This document shows, piece after piece, positions 51,491 through 62,521 of a stretch of DNA of 64,000 bases. Below the pieces are notes generated by a model that saw nothing but the letters and a program-made list of their open reading frames with translations, had not been told where the DNA came from and did not search any database. The translations under genes were made by a program, and so were the position numbers. The DNA is taken from NCBI GenBank assembly GCA_030295235.1, contig AP026167.1, forward strand, positions 1 through 64,000. Direction: 5' to 3'. Numbering within the stretch: the stretch's first letter is position 1; each line of letters starts with the position of its first letter. The DNA comes from Fistulifera solaris (lineage: Eukaryota).

Positions 51491-52438
51491 TTCACACAAT
51501 AGTCCGCAACAGACCAGCAGACAATGGATATGTAGATTATAATAAGGAAAGATGAATAAGAAAATAAGAAGAAAAGAAAAAAGAGAAACGAAAACGGAAG
51601 CAGTATTCTAAGAAAGAGCGCAGCTGTGCGTCCTTGCGTTGTACGCGGAGTATACCGCAGTATCGTACTGGATTCCTTTGTACTTTGTAGACTGCTGGAT
51701 GTCACGAGAACGCAGCTCTGCTGGGGTACATTTTGTACGGGGGCCTACTTGTACATGCGTGATTTCAGCGCGCGACGCATTTATGGGACTGAAACTGGTT
51801 TGAGTCTCGAGTAAAAGGGCGCCTCTTCCACTCTATTTTTTTCTTTTTGCGAAAAACTTCAAAGCATCATTGAACTCCAAGACCGATGGTATCAATATCC
51901 TTCTCGTTATGATCTGCAATGATGATGGCTATGTGATTTATTATAGGATGAAGCCGAATTTTATTGAAGATCAATATCAGGGTATGCTGCTCAGATTTTC
52001 TCCTCAAGAGAAGACTCCTCCTCAGCCAACAAACTTTCCGTCTCCTTTTTACTGTTCGCTGGATGGAGGTACCTGGTGAGATTCACTTCCATTTTGGTGA
52101 CTCGTTCATCAAAATAAAAATGCGAATATCATAAATCATTACGAAAATTTTACACTCGTCCTGAATCCTGAAATATGTCCGTTTCTCGCCAAGACTAAAT
52201 ATTCAGTCATGAGTCACGAGTGCGCATTCTTGCTCGCCACCCTATCGCTACCCGCCACCCAGTAACGAAACGACTAGCAGCTATTTTTATTCCTGCGATC
52301 AATGCAAAAATGCACAAACAATAATGAGTCTCAACAACAAAACGCTTCTCGAACAATAATACATAATACCATTTCCTTTATCCATTTTCGTCTTGCTGCA
52401 GTACAAACTACAAGTCTTTTTCTCTCTGAAACATCCGA

Positions 52439-54019
52439 ATGGATCAAGAAAATCCTTTATTATTCCTCGAACTCATTCCCGGGCATCGCTTGACGGCGCG
52501 GCAAAAGAAATTACAAGCCGTCATATCATGGGCAGTGCAAGGACTTTCACCGATTTACCGCTTTCGGCGCATCCCGACGCATATTGCCGACTTGAAGCAA
52601 AACGACCGCAGTACTATTGCCATCTGGTGTAGTAATAATGAAACTCTTCTTAGTCTGAATGATCACGGCTCCATGGGTGTCAAACATTGCAACGTAGCCA
52701 TCGACCAAATGAAGGTTGCGATATACGGCTTTTCCGATGCGGCCATTGCCGAAACAGTCTCCTTCGTTTGCTCTTTAACATTTTCAGAAGACCCAAGTAG
52801 TCTCCGTATCGGCTCCGGGGATGGACGTAGCAATTTTAACTATGCTACGATTGCGCTGGCTCCGCTCTTGGATGCGAACCCACCGCGAAATTTGGATTTG
52901 CAGATTACCAATTTGACAATCGAGCAATCGAGAGATTTAGCGACACGACCGTATCCTTTGAATTTGAATTTGAATCTTAAGGAATTTTGTTTTTCGTTCC
53001 AAGACGGCGGAAATGCCTTTGTCAATGCGTTAGAGCATCGAACAACGCCTTTCGGGTCGCTGAGCATGACCTTGGGGAACAATGTGACACCTCCTGGCAT
53101 CCATCACAACAACGTTTTACGACTCTTTCAAATGGAGAAATTCGACAGACTTTACGTCTCGAATCCGGATCGAGACTGCGTCCTTCCCCTCCCTCGCCGC
53201 CAAAGTAAATGGGCTAGAATGTTACATTCACGCCAAGGATATCGCGCCATCCGATTTCGATTCACTCAACATTGTCGCCAAAGACTTGAATGTGAAGTGG
53301 AATTTGAGTCATGCGGGCAACTGGAGTGACATTTTGATAGCATTCTTTCATCGGTTGGCTACTTTATGTCACGTAGAGAAGCTCGCGTTTTCGGCCGCAA
53401 ACTGGGTCGCCATCCATGTGTTTGGACATGACGCCGTGGCGCCGGTTGCCGCGGCCTTGGTCCGCACCATTCACTCCAATCCAGCGTTGCAACATTTGGA
53501 ATTGAGTCATGTGCCAACGATCGGCTTGGATTGGACGTCTCATATGCAAAGTATATTCCAAAGTCTGGAGGAGCATCCCAGCATCCGCACCTTGATTGTG
53601 AGTGAGGTGATTCCGTTCCGAGATACACGCACGGACGAGGAACGTGAAGAGTACTTTTCGTGGCTCGAACATTTGTTGTCTCGCAATCACTACCTCACCG
53701 TATTGGATACTTCTGGGCAAAGGGTCACGAATGGATCGAATATCGACAAGATTTATCGGGATCGGTACTATCATCTAGCGGCGACCAAAAGTGCATACCA
53801 ACACTTTCGTCATACGGTTCACTTGTTGTCGATTCTTCACACCGATGCCTTGTGCCAGTTCATGGAAAATGTCGATCCGGGTGGGGCGTTGCTTCGCAAT
53901 CTGTGTTGGAGAGTGAGGCACAGCTCCCTGCACCAAACAGTCCTACGGTATTTCTCAAACGTAAATTGACAATGCAACCATCGGGTGATGAAGCGAAAAA
54001 GGTTCGAAATGAGAGTTGA
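52439..54019 (+). CDS. Family A protein; frameshifts at 53186-53189 and ~53890 and a shortened C-terminal region; possibly a pseudogene
   Basis: MDQENPLLFLELIP..IYGFSDAAIAETVSF; NPALQHLEL..LLSRNH..NGSNIDKIY; tail LKRKLTMQPSGDEAKKVR. Confidence 0.7.
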
Positions 54020-54169
54020 GCCTCGTTGCAGAAGAGCATTGTTGCCTTGCGTTGTCTAGCTCCTCTCAGTAGATAGTAGTAATATAATGCAAATTTACAT
54101 TACTTGACACCTAAAGCGACGACTACTTACTACTTTTTCAATCCGGATCTTAGTTCCAAGGTGGCGCAA

Positions 54170-54830
54170 AGACCTACCGTTCTCTTTTTCGTTTCAAACG
54201 ACCCGATCGATGTGATGCATCAAAGCTGAGCGCTGTGCTGATTTCGTCCATGGTCGTTTCCTCAAAAGCACCTAGTTCAGCAAAATCCAACCTCTCCATA
54301 TATTCGCACAACGTGACCGTATGATCAAACAACAAGAGCGCTGCATGCTGAAACTTTTCCCGCCGTGCGTTTCGTTAAAGCCATTGGTACTAAAAGTGAT
54401 CGCACTTCGGTAGGCGCCTCGAGCAAGGACACGGATCCATTGTACAGTCGGTTGAGTGCATACAGTCGGTTAATGCGACGTCCGTTCGAGAGCGTGTCGC
54501 CCGATTCATCCAGTACTTCCATACTTCGGTTCCGCGTAAGCAACTTTCTCATCCAGGGATAAATGTTCGTCGTTGGTGGTTGACCTTCAACGACCAGTGT
54601 GCGCATACGTTTGTGCACTTCTAACGCCTTGAACACACCCTTGAAATGAGGAAGTCCAGTCAATGTTCCCATGATCTTTGCCCAAGGCCAAATGTGTCAA
54701 GTTCGGATTGCCGTGGATGACGCGTATCAGTGCTTCGGCTACCGGTGCTACTTCAGAAGCATCCGGAAGTTGGTTCGAGTCCGAGAAATCATCATCATGG
54801 TCGAAATCTTCCTCCGCATCACTCTCCAAG
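54170..54830 (-). pseudogene. Family A C-terminal half; 5' part deleted
   Basis: VAEALIRVIHGNPNLTHLAL, LLTRNR..NGRRINRLYALN; abuts a duplicated promoter block. Confidence 0.75.
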
Positions 54831-54839
54831 TCATTTACT

Positions 54840-55070
54840 CATCTTGTTTCTTGTTTCCTCTTGTTATGTTTTATCGGAAGAAACAAACAAACAAACAAAA
54901 AAAGCCCAAAAAAATTCAAAGAATCTCAATGAACGTCCGACTCAACGTCCGGGACTGAAATAATGTTCACTCGTGTGGTTGTATTTGTAAAATAGAAAGA
55001 TGTCGTACCAGTAGAGAGATAAGAGCTTTCCGTACGTTGCCTCATTTTTTCGTCTGCCCGTAAGCCGAGA
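54840..55070. repeat. Dispersed duplicate of the intergenic block at 62165-62390
   Basis: Identical core acgtccgggactgaaataatgttcactcgtgtggttgtatttgtaaaataga plus matching flanks (ttttcgtctgcccgtaagccg). Confidence 0.9.
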
Positions 55071-55339
55071 CGAAAAAGATCTTACGATTCGCGCGCAGTG
55101 AGATAATAATGAATAATGACTCTTTTATTGCGGACTTTGTCATTGCGATCGGAACGAATGCTAACTCGTTTTGTGCTATTATTCCATTCCACAAACAATC
55201 AAAGGAAAGCAACTCGCTTGCATCTTTAATTGCAATCTCCCAGCGAATTTTTTGCTTTGGAACGGGAATTTTGTTGCCCTGTCAAGTCCCTCGTTTTGGC
55301 CACGCGGCCGTATCCTTTCCATTAGGGATTATCTTATGT

Positions 55340-56710
55340 GAGAAAGGGCGACTTTAATTTCAATGACAAAGGAAAAGCATTTGTCAACGTAATCGAGAAG
55401 CGACAATCTCCATTTGGATCACTTCGTATTACAGGAATGCATCTTCGTAGCGCTAACCTGGAGCGTCTCTCGGAAATAGTGGGGATGTTCGATAAGATTT
55501 TTGTCCAATGAGGCAGGGAAATTTCGGCTTCAAAAACAGGGGGAAAGCATTCGTCGATGCGCTCGAGCAACGGAAATCTACATTTGGGTCGCTGGGATTC
55601 GATGGAATGCCTTTCAGTAGGCCGAATTTGGAACGGCTTTTGATATTGGAAGGGACGTTCGACAGGCTCTCGCTCTCTGTACCTAAAGAGGATTTTGTTG
55701 TTGATGCTTTCTCCGCCAAGGGGAATGCTTTCCATTACACAGTCAACAACAGAGCCAGAAGATTTCCATGATCTTGATATTGTGACAAGAAATCTCAGTC
55801 TTAAAATTGTCGTAAAAATCGGAAGGGGAGCGCTTCCGGTACTGGTGGCGTTCTGGGACGAGGAGCAGAATTGGGGCATTTCGTGAGTCTGACTTTGTCG
55901 ATCTATTCCTCGGTCATCTTTCGTTCCATGATATGCTTCCGACAAGTTGTATACGTTCGTGTATAATGGGCCGGCCGACTTCCTTCGACCGCTACGTATG
56001 GCAGTGGAGCAACACAAACAAGACGGAAGTAAAAGAAGACGCATTTGATGATAGAAAGCAATCAACTGATTCCTTATTCGCTTGCATGCATTCACGCGAA
56101 AATTCAACACCATTTCCTAAAGCGAAAGAAACATGCGCAGAGCCCCTCAATTGACAGCTAAAGAGACAAGAGCCCTATCGATCGCCCGCTTCTGACTTCT
56201 CAATATCGAGTCTGTTGCAAAACGCCAGCTGTTTGAGCTCGTTATTTCGCCCATTTCAAGGAAAAAGCAGCAATCTTTTTATTGCTCACAAGACTCAGGA
56301 GTTCAGAAGTTCAGAACCGTTCCTTGTAGTCTACTTCGACATTTGAAGCGGAGCAAAGAAAGGTCGAGGATTGGGTGTTGAAGCTCATTCCGGAAGAAAG
56401 AACAACTTTCTTTTTGGCAAGAATGACCTTACAATCCCTGTGTACCGATTCTGTCGCAAGCCGAGGGATCTTCCGGATCCTTGTTGATGGGCCAGTGCTT
56501 CGACCGAAAGTGCGTAACCAACACTTTCGTCGTCACATTTGCTGTCCGATCACACCAACATACTTTGCGGAGCTTGTATTGATCGAGACGATAGCTTGGC
56601 CTATGCAAAACAATTTCCACCTCACCTATGCTACGGAAGGATCCAGTGAAGTGAATCCTCAGATCCATTGTCACCTACCATGCGATGTTACAAAGAAACG
56701 GAGAAACTAA
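55340..56710 (+). pseudogene. Cluster of family A remnants
   Basis: Two tandem GKAFV..LE.R.S.FGSL segments (55360 and 55530), FSAKGNA, LDIVTRNL; LKLIPEER at 56375; HCHLPCDVTKKRR tail. Confidence 0.65.
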
Positions 56711-56850
56711 AGGCAGCAACGAAACATGAAAAACATAGTGCGATGTACGACTTTCAACTTTGGAATAACATGGAATTGATTGTTACGCATGTCATGTTGG
56801 CCGCTTTCTATCATGCACTCTCATCTCTACAAATGCAATATCAGAATGGT

Positions 56851-57732
56851 TTAGTTGCAGTGATCGCCGAACCACTCCCACACCCACCTAGATCCGTTGC
56901 AGCAGAAATTGCATGAAGTGCCAGCAAGACAGCGCGTATTGGCACCGTAGCAGCCAGTCTTACCAAGGAGATAGATCCCAACAGCTCCCCAGTTTGCGTT
57001 CTTGGCACAAAACCATCCGGAGGAAAGCAAACCGCGCTGTTCCAAGGAGTCGCCCGCGGCAGCACAGCAGCCTTCCCAGCCACTGTAGACTTGCCCTGCC
57101 TCAAATCCGGCGCTGCTAGAGATAACCTTGCCGTCATTCCCAAATCCAAACGAAGTCAAGCCGAATTCACCTCCGCATCCCATGACCTGTTCGAAGGTGG
57201 CATCATTACTGAAGCTTCCAAGTGTTATGGAATAGTCATCGCCGTACACAGCTGTGCAGGTCCCTCCATTGCCCACACAGCTGCTCGCCCCTTCGACCGT
57301 AACCTCGCCTGTCTCACTTTCCGTAGAGTACTTGATAGCGCGGCAGCCGCCGTTTGCCTTGCAGTCAGCAATCCACTCGTCACAGGCCCACGAGCCATCG
57401 ACGGTCTCGTGGCCCCACCAGATATCCACCGACCCCCGGAAGACGATTGGATCTTCCTGGTAACAATTCCAACGGGTAGATGCGATGTAGGGACTTTCTA
57501 CTTGTTCGGATCCGTTTGCACCAGCCCCGTCAACGCATCCATTGGCAGCGGGGTCGAAGCCAGCCTCAAGTGGAGAGCACTTCAGCACCCCACCGGAGTA
57601 ACTGCCTGTGCAGCACGACGTTGCCGATGCGCAATCCGAGCTTGTCGTGCAAGGCTCCCAATCGGCGACTTGAGTGAAAACTGGCTTCGAGGCGATCGCC
57701 ATGGTAACGAGAGCAAGTGGTGTGATCTTCAT
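56851..57732 (-). CDS. Secreted Cys/Trp/Gly-rich multi-module protein, 293 aa
   Basis: Signal peptide MKITPLALVTMAIA; modules WEPCTTSSDC..CCTGSYSGGVLKC..NGCV, WNCY..IWWGH..WACDEWIADC..GC, and CLAGTSCNFCCNG..W..WFGDHCN; uninterrupted ORF. Confidence 0.85.
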   Translation of the reverse strand: MKITPLALVTMAIASKPVFTQVADWEPCTTSSDCASATSCCTGSYSGGVLKCSPLEAGFDPAANGCVDGAGANGSEQVESPYIASTRWNCYQEDPIVFRGSVDIWWGHETVDGSWACDEWIADCKANGGCRAIKYSTESETGEVTVEGASSCVGNGGTCTAVYGDDYSITLGSFSNDATFEQVMGCGGEFGLTSFGFGNDGKVISSSAGFEAGQVYSGWEGCCAAAGDSLEQRGLLSSGWFCAKNANWGAVGIYLLGKTGCYGANTRCLAGTSCNFCCNGSRWVWEWFGDHCN

Positions 57733-59341
57733 GATGCCGACCTGAAGGAAAGATCGAAAAGTCGATTAGCGGCTAGACAACTGTATTTGAAGGATGTCGA
57801 GCGGGAAAGGGGGGCGTTTTGAGATTGTTTTTCGTTGAATTGCACATCTAGGATTTTATCTGTAACTCCGTACCTAGTTTGGGAAAACTTGAACGACGAT
57901 GGCGTGGGACAACGATGTTGGACAAGCGTTGTTTCTTTTTTTATGAGGAGCGGAGAGCAACAAGGTTCGAACATCAGCAATCATCACCAAGATCTGATTC
58001 AGGTCGTGCCGTCAAGTTAGATTCACGGAATACCATCATAGGTAGGCTTACATTTTACATTTTACAGAAATATTGGTTCTACCCCACCCCAATACCGTAT
58101 TTCGTAGCTCCCGCATACAAGACTTACTAGGTGACTTGTGCAGGCCAAACAAGCTTGACATATTTATTGAAGACAAACACCTCTATAGAGACTAGTCCGC
58201 TTTCACTGCGAGACAGGAGGAAGTCCGATTCCGAGCTTCGAGTGCATCATCGCGCGCGCGATCATCATTTCTAATTTCTACCGTTCGTTTTGCGTTTTGG
58301 CAATTGGCATCGTCAATCGTCATTCAGGTCTTGTCCACGTCATCGGCATGGCGTACTCTGTCGTTCATAGTCACGTTTTAACTTTGAAGGTCCAAGATCC
58401 AACTGAATTTACCTCTGTGGTTGGACACTTGACTTGTGCTTGTGGCAAGTGCCAAGTTCATTCATTCGTGCCAAAAGTCGTTGACCAAAAACCAAAAGGA
58501 TCAAGTATCAAGTGTTAACTCTCAAGCTAGCTAGAAGCTCTAGACAAGAAAGAATGTATGAATGCTGCAACGCCTAACGATGCCAAGTGCGAAGTGCCAA
58601 GTGCCTCTCGACTCCCGACACTCGACAGATACTCTACTCTATCCTACCTGTACAGTAGAGGTTTTCTCTAATAGTTCTATTCTCTACCAATATGTCTAAT
58701 CCATCCATTCGTGTCAAAATCTACAAAGTGCCGGAATGGAATAATATATGTGACAAAATGAAAACAACAATTGAAAATGCAGTCGAATGTCAAAATGGCA
58801 TTCAGATTTTAGGAAATTAGGAATAAATATTTAGGATTATTTGTGTTTTGTCCTTAATTCTGCCTTCTGCCTCCAGTTAGCTGGTACTAGTGTAGTACAA
58901 AGTACTGGACATGGTACAAGATGATGATGATTCATTCTACGTCATCGTCGCACTTTCACCTGTTGCCTGTTGCGTCTAGCTTGGCGTCTGCGCACACTCC
59001 TGCTTTTTATTCGCCATCGTCCTGCGCACCTCGATTTTTTTGGAGATTGGGATAGTTTTTATTCGTGAAAAAAAAGTTCCGTTTTCCCCGCGTGTTTGTT
59101 CTTTGAGAAGAATCCAGCTTTTGACAAATCGAACTCAACAGCTGCATTCTACTCTTACAAATAAATCAGAAGCATCGGGTACGTTCGTCCCGGAAAACTC
59201 TTTACAGTTGACAGAAATGGATTGTAGAAAGCGAGAAATCGTTCGGTTGTCCAAAGTAAAAGCGGGAAGACCTATACTTCTCTTAGTGATCAAGCTTGTT
59301 AGTCTAACGTCTTCTTTCTGCCCCTTATTGTTGACAGGTTT

Positions 59342-60112
59342 ATGAAGATCTTTGCATTACTGCTCCGACATGCTGCAATTGTTGTGGCAATCTTCGCAGA
59401 GATAGCCCTTGTACAAAGCATCAATCCAGACACTTGGAAGCTTTGCACGACAAGTTCGGAATGCCCTCCAATAGATCACTGCTGCACGCCGAAGTACTCG
59501 CACGGGGTATTGAAGTGCGCTAATTTTTCCGGTCCGTTTGACTTTAATTCCAACGGATGCGTACCTTTCACCACTCCCACGCCCCATCCAACGCAGTCTC
59601 CTACGCCGTCTCCCACGCCACTTTCGACGGTTTTCTTGACGCTGTCTCCCACGCCCCATCCAACGCCATCTCCCACACCAATTCCGACGCCGTCTCCCAC
59701 GCCCCATCCAACGCCATCTCCCACACCAATTCCGACGGTTTCCTCGTTGCCTGAACTAGTCCCTCTCAATACCGCTTACACTAACGCTACGGTAGCACCC
59801 AAAATGACTTTCACTCCTACGGTAGCACCTATTGTGCCAGTGGGAGACGGTGGTACTGATAGAGCTTCTAGTGGTGATGGCGGAGGCGGTGATGATGATC
59901 CAAAAGTGGGAATAATCGTTGCGGTCATCGGTGCCACCGCGACAGTTCTTGCCGTTTGGGTTGGTAAAGAGACATACCAACATAATCAACAGGCGGCTGT
60001 TGCGGCCGCTGCAGGTGCTCAGGGCGGTGCTGCGAACCCTGGTGGCCAAGAAGGACCACCGCCCCCTACTAACGTAAACACAAACACAATTCATTGTTTT
60101 GTGGTATTGTAA
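59342..60112 (+). CDS. Type-I membrane protein, 256 aa: Cys-rich head, PTPSPTP stalk, TM helix
   Basis: Signal peptide; [29 protein letters not shown]-rich repeats with a 48-bp unit near 59640-59740; [20 protein letters not shown]. Confidence 0.85.
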   Translation: MKIFALLLRHAAIVVAIFAEIALVQSINPDTWKLCTTSSECPPIDHCCTPKYSHGVLKCANFSGPFDFNSNGCVPFTTPTPHPTQSPTPSPTPLSTVFLTLSPTPHPTPSPTPIPTPSPTPHPTPSPTPIPTVSSLPELVPLNTAYTNATVAPKMTFTPTVAPIVPVGDGGTDRASSGDGGGGDDDPKVGIIVAVIGATATVLAVWVGKETYQHNQQAAVAAAAGAQGGAANPGGQEGPPPPTNVNTNTIHCFVVL

Positions 60113-60289
60113 GACAGTTACGGACAATAATATTTTATACTTTCCCTTAATCTTTCGAAGTAACACTAAATCTTAGTAATACAAGTAGAATGAAAATCCT
60201 GTAGCAATCTTTCATGTATCTGTTTAGGGGGTTTGGGGTCGTAAAACTTTTGTCTTATGTCGCCTGCACGAGTCAACTACTAAGTCTTA

Positions 60290-60890
60290 TTGTTTTCGCA
60301 ACACGCGGTGCAGATTCTCGCCACTCAAGGGCATCATTGTTTTCATGAAGAAACAATTACCAAAGTGAACCTTGCGTTTCATGAGCGCCTTTGCAAACGC
60401 GTTTCCATCATCTTGAAACACAACATCGTCGTCTGTCACCGGCGTTTCATCAATATATAAGCAACGAAACGAATCTGTCGCTAGCACTCGAAAATCCTTT
60501 GCCGTTCACGCGCCTGTTTGTAAATGCAATATATGTGGGCTGGGCTTTCAAAATATGCGCTAACTGTTTCGGTTGGAAGGTTTTCCAATCAAAAAGTGTC
60601 GACCTCGAATATACAACACGCCCCTTCCGATTTCTATAACAATTTTGAGACCAAGATCTTTTGTTACAACATCAAGCTCTTGGAAGTCTTCTAGCTCAAT
60701 CTTTCTGGTGTCGACTGTACAATACAGAGCATTCATCTTGGTGGAGAAAGCACCAACAACAAAATCCTCTCTAGGAACAGAGACCGAGAGCCTTCAGCAA
60801 AGCGACAAAGCGAGCTTTGCGTTTCGTGAGCGCCTTTGCAAACGCCTTTCCATCATCTTGAAACACAACATCGTCGCCTGTCACCTAAAA
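60290..60890 (-). pseudogene. Rearranged family A remnants with an internal ~69-bp direct repeat
   Basis: FQDDG.AFAKAL.KRK is encoded twice (60372-60440 and 60817-60885); 60620-60790 is the inverted homolog of 55665-55830. Confidence 0.7.
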
Positions 60891-61120
60891 CTGATTTAGA
60901 TGCCCTTTTATACAGGACTTCCTCTTGGATTGAAAAATATCTGATGTCCGCGCTTGTTCTGTCCTGTTGTTCTTTCCAACGAATGTGTTTGCTTTGTGGT
61001 TAGTTCGCCATGCAGAGAGATAATCGTAGTTGAATTGAAGTCGTCTTTCGAGTTTTACCGAAAATGGATATTTGATAGTACATTCCTGATGTATGGCGTA
61101 CAATTGCTCAATGTCTTCCT

Positions 61121-62102
61121 TCATCCGTGTCTTTCTTGAAGTTCGTAAGCGGTGATCTCTGCTTCTAAAATGATACTTGAAATGAGTAAGTCAGCCCAGT
61201 CATGGACGAGATCCAATCTGAATGCAATGTCGAGATCTTTTGCAAGAATGGGAAGCTTTTCAAAATCACTGGGCATCAAACATTCGGCATGCACTTTGCA
61301 CGAGAAAGCGTTGACTCGCGCCGAAAACGAATCCAGAATTTCTTCTTTTCGATACAACGCACCCATCGCTAGCTTATCGAACATGTTATTTTGTTGCAAT
61401 AGACGTCGAATACTGGTCGAACATGCCTGTTGCAAATCGGGACGGAAGAAACTACTCGTCGACGACATGTGAAGTGATCTGAACGAAGATTGTCGTCGTT
61501 CCAGCGCTGCGACAAATGCCGCTCCTTTATCTTGAAAACAACAAAATCCATACGGTCCATCGTCGTCGAGTTTCAGTGTCATCGTCTAGGGTCTCGTGGC
61601 CAAGACAACGGATTGCTCGGCCGTCCACGTTCCACATCGCAACGATAACTGTCGATGGGCATCCAAAATGGAGGCGAGTTGCTCGGGCCGAATGACGGCA
61701 CAATCAAAACAAAATTCGTTTCGACGACTGTCCATTTCAATGACGATTTGCTTCGATTTGACAGACCCAAGGAAAGTAGTCAGCGTCTCAGCAATCGCTT
61801 CGTCCGCTTTTTCCGTACACGACACTTTCGGCTTGAGAACGCCGAAAACAAACGTGTCGCTCTTGAAAGACGCGATCGGCATTTTTGGATAAACAAAGAA
61901 AGGTCCCATTGTCTCGCCATATGCAAATATTGTCATCCAGCTGTTGCCAATCAGGTTCTCGCAATAATCAACATTGATAAATGGGTAACGTCTCACACCG
62001 AATAGTGGCGGTCGGTACGGTCGAAAGGCTTTTTGTTCGGCTGACAATTGATCGACAGGAATGAGTTTTAAGATGTCTTTGTTTGTTGGTTGGTTGAGCC
62101 AT
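61121..62102 (-). pseudogene. 3'-truncated family A copy with an in-frame stop
   Basis: DILKLIPVDQLSAEQKAFR, DEAIAETLTTF, WTAEQSVVLATRP*TMTL, AFVAALERRQSSF, FSARVNA. Confidence 0.75.
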
Positions 62103-62164
62103 TGGAAAATACAAAAGTCAATGGAGTTTCTGTGAGAATAATATTAACTTATGAAGTCATATCT

Positions 62165-62390
62165 CATCTTTTTTTCCTTTGGTTGTTTCGAAGCAACAAC
62201 AAAAAAAGTCCGCGAAAAAATTCAAAACGAATCTCCATACCTGGAAATAACGTCCAACGTCCGGCTCCACGTCCGGGACTGAAATAATGTTCACTCGTGT
62301 GGTTGTATTTGTAAAATAGAGAAATGTCGTACCAGTACAAGAGTTTTCCTCCCGTTATTGCCTTATTTTTCGTCTGCCCGTAAGCCGTGA
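62165..62390. promoter_or_regulatory. Intergenic block of a divergent family A pair; duplicated at 54840-55070
   Basis: Lies between ATGs at 62102(-) and 62522(+); near-identical copy at 54.9 kb. Confidence 0.55.
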
Positions 62391-62521
62391 TTGTGACGAG
62401 AAAGACCTTTCCTCTTTATGGGTCTCGGTTTGCAGCAAAGTGGCGAACAAACAATAATAACAAAAAAACATCGACACATTAGTCGATAACTGCTCATGCT
62501 TTTAACTTGAAACTCAACAAA

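Noticed and set aside
55334..56113. 259-aa minus-strand ORF
   Set aside because: Antisense to plus-strand family A remnants; no recognisable motifs
57091..57822. 243-aa plus-strand ORF
   Set aside because: Antisense shadow of the secreted Cys-rich gene
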